From assembly GCF_902459465.1 (NCBI RefSeq), contig NC_047077.1, positions 11,966,001 to 12,030,000 of the forward strand: 64,000 nt of DNA. The letters run 5' to 3'. This document shows, one piece after another, positions 1-12,262 of the stretch (positions within the stretch are counted from its first letter, which is position 1; every line of letters starts with the position of its first letter). The position numbers and the translations under genes are program-made. The notes beneath the pieces are model-generated. The model saw only the letters and a list, made by a program, of their open reading frames with translations. It ran no database searches and was not told the origin of the DNA. Source of the stretch: Asterias rubens. Taxonomy: Eukaryota.

Positions 1-227
1 ATACTACAATTCACATTGTACTGACATACTACAATTCACATTGTACTGACATACAATATCACAAGACCATCAGTCATTCATTCAGCTTCTAAAATATTAA
101 TAATGAGCACAATCAGAAATGAGGCACATGTTGCACCTTTAAAAAGTGAGTCACGAAATGGGTTTTAATAATAATAGAAAATGTGTAAGGGTTGAACGCT
201 ACAAATGACTTAAGTCTCAATTTACAT

Positions 228-602
228 AAAAGCCATTATACACTTTCGGCACAGAAAAAAGTTCACAGATTTACAAATAACTAAAAAAACAGGGTTAAAG
301 ACTTCTCTTGAAATACATTATTATTGCATGAAATGCTTTAGGCCCTACTTTTCGAGAAAACATTAAAACAATTATCAATTCTCGTTGTCGAGAATTACGG
401 AGTTATTTTAAACACATGTCATGACACGGCGAAACGTGCGGAAACAAGGGTGGTTTTTCCCCATTATTTTCTCCCGACTCCGATGACCGATTGAGCCTAA
501 ATTTTCACAGATTTGTTATTTTATATATAAGATGTGATACACAAAGTGTGGGCCTTGGACAATAGGCCCCTACAGTTTACCGAAAGTGTCCAATGGCTTT
601 AA
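228..602. mobile_element. Kolobok-like MITE family 2 (other copies about 46642-47072 and 48785-49158, the last reversed)
   Basis: TIR AAAGCCATT..ACACTTTCGG / CCGAAAGTGTCCAATGGCTTT with TTAA at intact ends, AG..CT termini, shared internal sequence. Confidence 0.75.
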
Positions 603-1094
603 GAACTTTGTAACCCAACTATCAACCACTGTTGTTGGTAAGGTTACGGTCAGTGCTAAAACCAAGTTGTCGAACACCCAGTTTTCATCACTAAGAGGGG
701 GCCTTACTCAATGGTTTCATAAAGTTGCTTTTGTTTAAAGCACAAAAACTATGTAGCTAAGTACAACACAATTATGCTAACCTGAATAAGGTTACCAGCA
801 AAAATAACATTCCATATATGTAGCATCTTTGAATGGTATCCTGCTAATTGTTGCTTACATGTAGCAGACATTTAACAAAAGTAATGTTCTATCATTTAAG
901 CAGAGCTATAAATTGGCCCTTGGTTTTTGTTCACCAGTATACAGTATCGTGTTATTCATATTTAACGTGTTCTTAATTGATTTAATCCGTAAACTGTTGA
1001 GACTTACTACCCGTATGCAAACTGAATGTTAATATTGAGTTAAAAAAGTATTTTGTGTCAAGTGTACAGCTACAGAGATTATTCTAATTACCTG

Positions 1095-1342
1095 GTCCCA
1101 ATTTCATGGCTCTGTTTACTGTAAGCACAGAATCGGTGCTTACAGAAACGGGGAATTGTGCTTAGGGCAAGCATATTTCACGGGTTAGAGGGGAGTTTTG
1201 GCTTAGCTGCGCTTGCGTACTCCACATTACTAGGTATTCTATGCTTGCAAGGCTAGCGCAGAAATTCAGCGCTGGCACGTAAGCGGGGAATCGCGATCGT
1301 AAGCACAGAATTCGGTGGTAAGCAGAGCCATGAAATTGGGCC
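1095..1342. mobile_element. PIF/Harbinger-like MITE with GGCCCAATTTCAT TIR
   Basis: TIR GG(T/C)CCAATTTCATGGCTCTG / CAGAGCCATGAAATTGGGCC. Confidence 0.75.
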
Positions 1343-3263
1343 AGGAACTACAGTAGTTCAAGTTCCAAGTCCAAAAGATCATCCACCAAAGGTGAACAAA
1401 CAGTAGAAAAACCTGTATGGGGTTTCTGCAACTGGTTGCAATTAATTTTCAGTAATGACCCTTGCTGTGAGGTCAAAACAAACAGCCACCAATTTAGTAA
1501 CATCTGGTGTGGATGTTTCATAGAGTTGATGCAAAAATAAAATGAATTTTTTATTTATGTAAAAATAAAACTTGATACATCCAGTTGGGATTGTAAAAAT
1601 AAGCTGAATAAAACAACAATTCAGCAACAAGGCAAAAAAAAAAAAAATGTGTTTAGCATCCTCCCTGTTTGAAAAAATTACAAACGGCTTGGCTATTTTT
1701 AAAATAAAAATTGTTAATGAGATCAGTAACATAGGCTAATATCTTTTAACAAAAATTTTAATTTAAAAAGAAAAAAAGGTATCCTCTATTTGGAAGTGGG
1801 CGAGGGGGAGATAAAACTTGGACCAACATACTGAAAAAAGTGGCTTCTTAAAAGGAAGCGGCGAGGATGCTAAAAATGTTAAAATTTGTACTTGGCCTAA
1901 CATACTGGGCCAATACATGTATATTTATGTTGACCAACAAACAAAACGAACAAATACTCAGCTGGCCAAGATCCTGTGTTTTACTCACTGATTCTTAAAC
2001 AGTTATTTGTTTTTCAAAGCCAGGAAGAGCAGGAATATTTCAAAATTGAAATACTGACTATCTCTCTTATTTTACCCCAAACCACTGTATTTGCTTGACA
2101 TCGGGTGGGGGAGGGGGGGGGGGCGGGGTGAGGGGGAATCTATGAAATGTCCAGTTATTATTGATCATCAGTTTGGTGTTTGTCTAGACCGCCCCCCATC
2201 CCCGCCCTCCCATCCTCTGACTGTGATTATTTTCTGAAAAACAAGTTGACAAAAGACAGACCACAATGTTTGTTGTCCGTCTCTGTCTAGCTAGATGTAA
2301 CTTCAGACCAAAGTTTTTGTTGTGTGACTTAATCTTCAGAGGAGCTCCCTGTGTTTACCTATTGGTAAAATACTGACAGAATGAGTCACTCTATCAATGG
2401 TGTGGTGTGGTCAACCATCAAACAGACCTTGCATGCGTAAAGGCACTGGACTCCTTTGGTATTTTGTTAAGAACCAGTATTCTCACTTGGTGTATCCCAA
2501 CACATGTATAAATAACAAATCTGTGAATATTTTAACCCTATTGGTCATCAAAGTTACAACAGAATAATGATAGAAAAAACACCCTTGTCGCAAAAATTTG
2601 CTTTCAGATGCCTAATAAAAGCGTAAAGGCATTGGACACATTTGATACAATTGTCTTTTTTCAAAGACCAGTATTCTCACTTGGTGCATCCCAATATAGT
2701 GCATAAAATACTGTAAAAATGTTGGTCTTTCAGTTTAAATTCTTTTGACCAACACACCCACAACTTTAGGAAGAACAAAATTTAATATGTTCAACTGACT
2801 ATCTGAATGGTCACTTACGTGGTCAAGTCAAAATATAGAGAAACAAAATAGATTTGAGTGTGTGATACAGAGAAAAAAAATCACGGTACTACTATATAAA
2901 ACAGTTCACCAGGAAATGATTTCTTGCACTTATTTTGCATTCTACAGTTTTCTTCTCCAGAATATGTTTTGTGTGGTCAACACTAAATGTTCTATTGAGT
3001 AGCAAAGTTCTGATGAATGTTTAATAACGCTACGATATTTTCATCCCGAATCCTCCGTAGCTTTTTTCAATGCTTTACAAGGAAAATTTTCACCACACAC
3101 TAAATTTGTAATATTTTTTCGCAATTTTAACCACAGTCTTCAACATGAATGATTTGATCATTGATTGAGACACTATGTGAAGAAGGGGAGAAAGGGACAG
3201 AAGGAAAATGGACTACTACCATTTAACGTGTACACTTATCGGCGAGTAAACAAAATACAACTG

Positions 3264-3508
3264 GGCCCAATTTTAAGGCTCTGCCTACCGTATTGCAAAA
3301 AATCGGCACTGACGGAAGCAGGAAATTCTGTGCTTACGGTAAGCGAACTTCACGGGCTAGCGGGGCAATTTGACTTGTGCGCGTGCATACTCCATGTTAC
3401 TAGGCATTCTCTGCTAACAAGGCTAGCGCAGAAATTTGGCGCTTTCACCTAAGCAGGATCGTGATCGTTAGCACAGACTTTGACCATGAATAGCCATGAA
3501 ATTGGGCC
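3264..3508. mobile_element. Same Harbinger-like MITE family with CTG TSD (further copies about 24706-24948, 29231-29544, 50770-51016)
   Basis: CTG|GGCCCAATTT ... AAATTGGGCC|CTG; a 3-bp CWG TSD fits the PIF/Harbinger (PHIS) group. Confidence 0.75.
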
Positions 3509-4791
3509 CTGTTGATAGTCCGGTTTTTTTTTCCAAAAAGAGGAGGATGATGGCCTTTTTATTTTTATTTCTTTCAAATGTGGCCACCAAGCATTTCAAT
3601 TTAAACTGGCCATCAATTCTTCAGTTTAAAGTCACCACTTACTTTTATTACAAGTTCTTAAAAGATTCAGTAAAATTAATGAGAAACACAGAAAAGTAAA
3701 AAAAAAAAAATTCTTTTAAAAGGATGCGGCCTCAAAAAGGGATGAGGGAGGGCCTGGGAGGGCCAATCAACTGTTTTTTTCTTTTCTTTGGGTCTATACT
3801 TGATTCTCCTAGAACTATGATTTTTTTCCCCCTATCGTCTCAGTGAAATGAACCTCATACTAGTACTAGTCATCATACATGTTCTGGGTACAGTATTGCA
3901 CTTTGGTAGGCATTTATTAGGTTGGTGTTATAGCTAGGAGGCCGGGTCAGCATGGTCAGTTAAATTTTAAAGGATAAAAATAGAATGCAAATGAAAATAA
4001 TTTATTTCATCAGGGCCTAATTCAGAAAACTGTCCGTATCCTGCCACCACTTTTTCACACACTCATTTATTTCATTACAAATGAAAAGTGTGGCAGGATG
4101 CAGAAATTTTTTCCGATGGTTGAGTGATGAGCAGAATTGTGTTTTTTCTCCACGCTCAAAAACATAAGTCCGGATAGTTGCGATACTGTAACCCTCCTGC
4201 CCACGACGGTGTAGCCGGAGGGTTACGAAGCTTCCGCAATGTGTGCAGGGCGAAATGGTTAAACATGTTTCAACAGCTAGTCAGCAGATTTGCTCCTTTT
4301 TTTACCACTTTTAAAAATCATTACATTATAAACTGCAACAAAAGTCTGGAGAGCCGTCGAACTATTCTACATCCACGTCTTAGTTACACTACAACATTAC
4401 ATACAACAACTACGGTATGAGTCACCATAGCATAAAAATACAATACAACTTACATTTACAAGTCTATGTTTTTAAAAGAGTTGTCCTTTTTCAAAGTTTT
4501 ACAATTTTTGTTAGAAAGGTTGGCCTACATTACATACAACAAAAGTCTAAATCAATAATTTGAAACATTTTAACAGAAAAACAAACCCAATTTAAATAAT
4601 AAAGGCAAAACTCCAGCGACCAGCCAATTCAATCCCTCAAATGAGTCAAGTTATCAACCAAGCAAGTCAAGTAGAAGGAAACATGATTTATCTTATTCAA
4701 AGGCTAGGCCACACCACACACGTCACGAAAGTGATCTTAAAATGAGAAGAAAGTCTTTGTTTACAGGTAATTTTTCTAGAGCCACACTCAC

Positions 4792-4917
4792 CTCTTCCAA
4801 CTGTGAAACAACATTCCGACATGCTCCCATTTTCCCCACAAAAGTGGACGTCGTTGGCGAGTTAAGATCCTCATTTGCCTCGTTTACAAACTCCAAAACA
4901 CTAATTAACTCCGGCAT
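4792..4917 (-). CDS. ASAP1: Arf-GAP with SH3, ankyrin and PH domains (ASAP1/2 ortholog), conserved N-terminal coding exon; gene continues left of the window
   Basis: Translates MPELISVLEFVNEANEDLNSPTTSTFVGKMGACRNVVSQLEE, matching my recall of vertebrate ASAP1/2 MPDQISVSEF..E..EDY.SPT.S.F......CRNTV..LEE. Ends at phase-0 donor GAG|GTGAGT. Acceptor tttttgtggtag at 4957 with frame open from 4956. Confidence 0.92.
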
Positions 4918-5782
4918 TTTGCTGTCATGGGCACTGCTTTGCAAGCTCGATGCCGTCTACCACAAAAACGAAACCAAAATGTGAGTTGTTTTGTATAAAG
5001 ATCCTCCAGAGGTGTGTATGACAAGTGTAAACTGGCGGAAACGACTAGCGAAATAATAGTGTTTTTCACAAAAATAATCTTTAACGTTAAAACAGGGATA
5101 CACATAAAGATAGTCAGATACCTTTAAGGTATATCACAAGTTCTGACATTCGATGTAGTGGGGAACAGACTTGAAATTATTTCCTGGACATTTGGAAGGG
5201 CGCCCTCTTTTGTCGAAAACTTACGCATAAACTTTTGAAAACCCCCAGAGAGCACCATTATGGGAAATAATAAGAACCTAATAAAGTTTTTATAATTATA
5301 ACTTGTATAACTATGTTTGTTTATAACTCTATGGAAGACTGAAATGGTAACCTACATGCCTACCTACATGCTAACCTAAATGCTTAATACTACTTGTGCC
5401 CAGTCCAACGTTTAATGCTTTGTGATTATTAAAAGAAACTCACACAACTCATCAATAATGTGGAAAAGAGAGAGTTGTAAGTAAGCCAAAGTAACGAACA
5501 TCCCATCGAAATTTTATTTTGAGGGATGACAAACAAAATAAAAAGAAAACGAATTTTTCAAAGGAAATTTTCAAATAAAAGGTACATAGGCCTACATCAC
5601 GACCAAAACAAATCAATTCTGATCGGCATGTTTCCAAAGTTTGCAAACAAGAAGGTCGAACTTTAATCAGATTTGCCTACTCTCTAAAAATGCTAATAAC
5701 AAAGTTATTTTTTGTAAACGGCCTCCTCCATTTCCCCACACAGCCGTCCGTTCCTCACCTAAGTTGGTGACGTAACAAAAGT

Positions 5783-5970
5783 TGTTCTCTCTATTCAAAG
5801 TGGATCATTAAAAAAAAGAGTCTACAAAAAAATTAAACAAAAATTAATAGTAGGCCCCTATCGATGATTAGGCCTATGTTCTCTCTATTCAAAGTGGATC
5901 ATAAAAAAAAGAGTCTAAAAAAAAAATTAAAAAAAATTAATAGTAGGCCCCTATCGATGATTAGGCCTAT
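5783..5970. repeat. Tandem duplication of about 95 bp
   Basis: Two copies of gttctctctattcaaagtggatca...taggcccctatcgatgattaggcctat. Confidence 0.9.
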
Positions 5971-7171
5971 GCTCACCGCTAATGGAATGAAGGTGTAGAT
6001 TCATGGAGAGAATGTACGAGCCGAAATACACTTTAGAGTCTACTCTCTGAATTAATTAATTTCCCGTATTGATAACAGTTTCATTGCATTTGATTTCTAA
6101 ATAATAAAAACACTGAATGTCGTGTAGCCTAGACCTAATTTGTCAAGCGACGGAAATGGTCATTACAACTAGAAAAAAAGGCCTAGGCATAAAGGCCTAT
6201 ACTTAAGCATAGCGCTTTCAACAATGTATAGAGTATACTCAGTTAACAATAAATGGTGACAGTAATTTTTGGTTGACTTAACGAATTGATAAAGGAATAG
6301 AATTGGTAACTAGCCTACTCAAAATAATTGTTAGTATAAAAACTTACTTGGTAATGGAGAGCTGCTGATAGTATAAAATATTGCGAGCAACGGTTCCCTC
6401 TGAAGTTTCCGAGAAAGAAGTAATTTTAAACTAAACATGTTTATTTGGTTTTAATTTTGACCACAGATTCATTTTGAGCTCCCGAAATAACGCATCTAAA
6501 AGCACAAAACTATACGTGTGACAAGGGTGTTTTTTCCCCATCATTGTCTTTTGCAACTTCGACGACCAATCGAGTTCAAATTTTCACAAGTTTGTTAGTT
6601 TTAATTGTATGCATTATGTTGAGATACATCAATTGAGAAGACTGGTCGTTGACAATTACAGTAATTTTTCAAGCTGAACTATTAAACCACGTACTTTAAT
6701 ATCTTGAACTATTTTTACTTAAGTTATGTAATAACGAACAGACAGTTTAGGTGTAGATTCGCAACTTCGAAGCTACAGTTAATTAGCCCCGTAAATAATA
6801 ATTTGCAATTATTGAGTGTAGATTCGTATCTGACTTTCATCAGTGGAGTGACGTCAAAGAAATAGTTTAAAAGCCTGTAATTATAACTGTTATATAAAAA
6901 CAACCATAAGCAACCAATAATCGGGGTTGCATTGGTTATAAAGTACAAAGTTACAAAATCCATCACACAAACTTAGAACACATAAATAATTTAAATAAAA
7001 AGTTGAAGCTGAGGTTAGAAAAAGTAAATGCTTAATGTAAAAAACAATGTCCAGTTAAAATGTTACAAGATAAATAGAGAATTTTCTGGAAACTATTTAT
7101 TATCTAGGCCTGGAAAATCAAAAGTCTTAAATTAGGCCTAAGATAACTCCAACACACGTCAAATTGATTAC

Positions 7172-7366
7172 CTTGAATTCGACGTAGTACACCGTTCCTT
7201 GACCACAGTGCTGTTTTTCTACTGGTGCTGCTCTCATCACACTGTGGTGGCGATATTGCAATGAATAATAATTGAATTTCGCGGTGAATTCGCCCAAAAA
7301 TTGTGATTGGATCATTGGAAAGTGAACTTTTTTCGTCTCGGTCTCACCCTCGGTCATCTCTCTCAT
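7172..7366 (-). CDS. Candidate upstream first exon of ASAP giving an N-terminal extension
   Basis: ORF from ATG 7366 ends GAATTCAAG|GTAATC at phase 0, compatible with the phase-0 acceptor at 4956. CpG-richer promoter-like DNA at about 7450-7700. Confidence 0.45.
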
Positions 7367-10300
7367 TCACATACGATCTGTTCAATGCCTTTACGAACGT
7401 TGCCAACGCTTACGCACGCTTTTGCGCTTCCATAGGGAGGTGGAAAATGACTGAATGGATGTTCCGAGTTCGTTACCAACGATTACGAAGACACGGCGAA
7501 TGTTGCGAAGTTTGAGTGGCTCAACCCACTATTTCCATCCCGCACTCAAATTCCGGTATAGAGTAATGTACGCCGTCCGAATAGTCCCACATTCTCAATG
7601 GGTAGACTATTTTATTTGCTCTAAATAAGCAATTATCAGTAGCTAGACGCTTCGTTCTCTTGGATACTTCGGGAGTATCAGGAATCCGTAAATTTAAGAC
7701 AACTATTTCCTAAAATAAAACTTACTTTATTGATGACTGTCGCATAAAGGCATGCCTCACAATACATAGTTAACCCCTTTATGATACTTTTTTTAACAAC
7801 ACAATTTTCTAACAAAACACAACATAGCACAATGTGGCTGGTCAGAGCCTCCCTTTATCATTGGATGAAAACATTTTGTATGAGACTTCTTCTATTGTTG
7901 ACGTTTGGTGAACTCATGTGACGTATTACGGTTTTCAATGAAGCTTCCATCATCTACTAAAACAACTTACAATAGTTATGACTTTCACACTTATGAAACT
8001 TAAAATAAATCGTGTGGTGAACCACTCTATTAAAGGCCTATAATACAATTTTTTCACAAATGAATTAATAAAACAAAGCAAAAATAATACAATTTGGCTG
8101 CAAAGAGCCTAGACGAGTTAACAAGCTATCCATTGTTACACTTTACCACTTAATACGACACTCAGTATGCAAAGAAAACCCTCAGTGACTTCTTCCAATG
8201 TTGACTTAAAGAAACTAAAGCGTTATCACTGAAGCTTCTACCATTACTCGATGCTATTAATTTCATCATGCACTTCATGATGCCAACAGCTTTCTCGCCT
8301 ATTGATGATTATAATCCTTACGATATGCTTACTAATAGCTTCTCAATTAATTAAAAGTTATTCAAATGGGCAAGCTAGGTGTTATAAACCTCTCCACAAA
8401 ATTCCTTTCTCCATGGTTATTCCAATCCTTCTTCCTCCATATTCACATTTCATCACAGCCTCGTTAGTATCCAGAGCGGGTAGTTGTTCGAATACATGAA
8501 TAATGTTCAAGAGTTGGCGCTGAATCCTCTCAGTCGCGATCCTGATTGGTGCATCCATCGAGTCACACGCCATGACAGTGGGTAATCAATCGCGATCCTG
8601 TAGTCACATGCGATGACGTAATGTTTTTATTCCAGTTTCCACAGTGCATGGGTAATCTTGAGTTGACACTGATACCTCTCAGTCGCGATCCTGATTGGTG
8701 CATCCATTGAGGCCCACGCGATGACGTAATGTTTTGAATTCCAGTTTGCAGTGCACAAACGCTTAATGCCACGTGTTAACGTATAAGATGTTGTTGTCTG
8801 TTTGACTGAAATGAGCAATGTTTGATGTTTATAAACGTTGTGTCAATTTAATGGTTTTAATTTGATTAATTAATTGACTATTTCGATCCCACTTTAAAAT
8901 TCATTCCTCTATTACGGGTTCAGTCATTTCAGCTTCACCACTCACTCACTACTCGTGTCGTATCAAGTTGTCACTCACATAATAATTTGTTAAGTTTAAA
9001 CTAAATACTGTTAAGCCTAATGTAGTAAGTAAAAAAATAAATATAAAAAAACCGCTTGTGTTTCCACCTCGCAGTGGTATCCTCGGGTGATGCTTTCGTC
9101 AGCCTTGTTCACGTCAACATTTTCCCTCAGCTGGACAATTATGCAATGAGAAGAGTTTCCCGAGTGTGATACACAAGTAAAAGTTATCCAACATTGGTTA
9201 AGCTCGCTACCCTGTTCCTCTTGAAGATGTCCTCTCCTTTCACAAAGATGAAAACCAATTATGACAACATTTGAGGCTATACTTGGAAACATCTTTTCGC
9301 GTTACATGGGACCTGAAGTAGGTATATATACATCTATGCACCGTCCTTCTTCCCGCGTCAAACATTCTGGTGTAGCAGCTTTCTTGAGATGTTTCAAGTT
9401 TTGGCATTTAACTTAAGCGGAAGTTAAATCTGTGGAGCCATCTTCAAAGATGAAGAATGCTTGATTTCACAGCCAGGAAAGAAGTAAGTTGTAAGATCAT
9501 AGTATTTTGTAAAGAAAGAAGATGATGCCACAGTTGGCATGAAGAGTCCCGTATTCTACACACTTACCTTTTTTGCAATCATTAAGAAATATCTTAAGAA
9601 GATGACCAGAGGAAGTAAATTCGTGGCTGTATGTGTCCTAATATAGGAGAACACTAACTTGATGCACGGAGTGAAAGTTTGAATGTAATTTGGAGTCAAG
9701 ACACCAATTCATACAAAAGATGTAGAGCAGCCTAAATACATGGCAGTTGAAGAAGAAAAGTAGAAAAGAATTTGGGAACTTTGACATAGAAAGGAAAAGT
9801 TGTCTCCATGAAAAAGTAGTCAGACTATCAATTCTTGAGGATGAGGAATATAATCCTTGTCAATATGTGAGGATGTGTTGTACAATCGACAACGAAGACA
9901 GGCATTATTCCTTGTGCGATTCCCACCAAATAACAATTTAATTTTTATTTTAAGTTTAGTTTCGTTTATTTAAATGTGTTTAATCCACTAGCACACGAAA
10001 CCCATCTCTTTTCATTCATCTGACGTCTCTCACGCGTTTTTTAATAAACTGCTATTAAAATTAAATTGCTATTACAATAATTTAGGTGTTGTATTCGTTT
10101 TTGTTAAAGTTTGCATGACTGTTTCAAATTTAAAGTGTTTAATATTTGTATTTCTCTTTTGGCAATGCGCTTCCGTCTAGCTCGTTCGGATGATGAATAT
10201 CCATTCGAAAAGTTTATATTGTCCTTGATATTTTGATCTTGTCACTTGGCCTTTTTGCTGACGTCTAATGTCCACTCTATAACTTAACTGTTCACTTGCA

Positions 10301-10644
10301 ATAGTGTCCTGCTGTGTATGTCACGTTCGACTTCTCCTTTGAAGATTGGTTTGCTGTTTTGTCTCCATTATAAATGGCACAAGTTTTGATGTAAGATTGT
10401 TCACTTCCAATATTAATTTCCAGGTTAGTTCACCTGTTTCTTATTGGAAAATAACATATCCTTCAAGTAACTAATTAAAACTATAACAAATACAATAAGT
10501 TTTTATTTATACATTTAAAAAAAAGTATGTATTGACACTGTTTTACATTACATTTGTCGTGATTTGCTACTCTTTCTCAAAAAAGACTTGGAGGTTTCAT
10601 ATTGTGGTCGCTGTAGTTCACCTCTGCAGTGAGTAGGCCCTTTG

Positions 10645-11480
10645 TCCAGTGAGGTATATCCACAGTGAGGTGTATCCATTGATGTATATCCATCTTGGTA
10701 TATCAAGGGAGGTATATCCAGTGAGGTGTATCCATTGAGGTATATCCAGTGAGGTGTATCCATTGAGGTATATCCAGTGAGGTATATCCAGTGAGGTGTA
10801 CCCAGTGAGAAATATCCAGTGAGGTATATCCAGTAAGAAATATCCAGTGAGGTATATCCATTGAGGTATATCCAGCGAGGTGTATCCAGTGAGGTATATC
10901 CAGTGAGAAATATCCAGCGAAGTATATCCAGTGAGTTATATCCAGTGAGGTATATCCAGTGAGGTATATCCAGGGAGGTATATCCAGTTAGGTGTATCCA
11001 TTGAGGTACATTAATTGAGGTACATCCATTTAGGTACATCCAGCGAGGTGTATCCAGTGAGGTATATCCAGTGAGAAATATCCAGTGAGGTATATCCAGC
11101 GAGGTATATCCATTGAGGTGTATCCATTGAGGTATTTCCAGTGAGGTAAATCCAGTGAGGTATATCCAGTGAGGTGTATCCAGTGAGGTATATCCAGTGA
11201 GAAATATCCAGTGCGGTATATCCAGCGAGGTATATCCAGTGAGGTATATCCAGTGAGGTGTATCCATTGAGGTATTTCCAGTGAGGTAAATCCAGTGAGG
11301 TATATCCAGTGAGGTATATCCAGTGAGGTATATCCAGTAACGTATATCCAGTGAGAAATATCCAGTAGGGCATATCCAGTGAGGTATTTCCAGTGAGTTA
11401 TATCCAGTGAGGTATATCCAGTGAGGTATATCCAGTGAGGTATATCCAGTGAGTTGTACCCACAGAGGTATGTACCCACA
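10645..11480. repeat. 14-bp minisatellite (TATCCAGTGAGGTA)n, about 60 copies
   Basis: Direct reading. Explains the three overlapping minus-strand ORFs with the 14-aa WIYLTGYTSLDIPH period. Confidence 0.95.
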
Positions 11481-12129
11481 TACAGTACAATTTACGTGTC
11501 AATGTCTTGAATCTGGAGCAAAGAAGTATACACACTAAATCCATTTTCGCATCTTGCTGATTTTCTTGAAGTTCAAATCCGTCGAGTAATTCCTCACTGA
11601 CAAAGTGTTCCGTACGAAATAAAGTTTATGGTTTATTTTTGGTGTTCCTTCACCCTATAATATTCGCTTGGCACGCGTGTTGACGATGATTTGTGTTTAT
11701 TATGAAAAATATGTTTGACTGAATGATCTTAGTATTGGTTTAAAAAACTATTAATGAACAATTTATTGAAAGTATTGATTAATACATATCAACCAACCAA
11801 CAAAACATTCACACTTCTCGCACCCTGAAGTTATTTTGTGTTATTATCTTACTTGAAATATTATTTGAAATTGATATTTGCCTTGCATAAAATACTATAA
11901 TCTATAAACAAATAGGCCTACACACGGCACAATGTAAACAGTTGTAATGACAAGAGCAGTCGAAGAAATCTCCATCATTTCCTCAGACTTTCGATCCATT
12001 TTCTTTAACTGTCTTTCAAACTAATAAAAGTGAATTCAATCCATGTACTATACCGGGTATAGCCAAGAACCCAGTGGAAAGAAGACAAGGAAGGAATAAA
12101 GTTTCAGTTTTAGACGTGAGAGGAAAACC

Positions 12130-12262
12130 TCAAAGAATCCATTTGGAAAACCCAAGCAGTCAGGGACTGAAAACTTAATCCACGTAGTGCCACTGACGTG
12201 TTCGAACCAGGGTCCTATAGGTGGAAGGCGAGGAAAGGCCACTACGCCAACCTAACAGCCTT
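12130..12262 (-). mobile_element. tRNA(Gly)-like SINE (second copy about 14105-14248)
   Basis: Minus strand has A box TGGCGTAGTGG, CGCCTTCCAC loop and B box GGTTCGAA, followed by a shared non-tRNA body. Confidence 0.7.

Noticed and set aside
2101-2140. G-rich tract as a functional G-quadruplex (also 16975-16990, 62895-62910)
   Set aside because: Simple poly-G runs are common here, with no supporting context.
1-4790. ASAP exon 2 within the window
   Set aside because: I found no frame resembling the expected xLDxDRxxLxKxKKxVKAI segment; treated as intron.
10548-11479. Three long overlapping minus-strand ORFs (239, 149, 120 aa) as a protein gene
   Set aside because: Fully explained by a 14-bp minisatellite; no splice or start context and no non-repeat domain.
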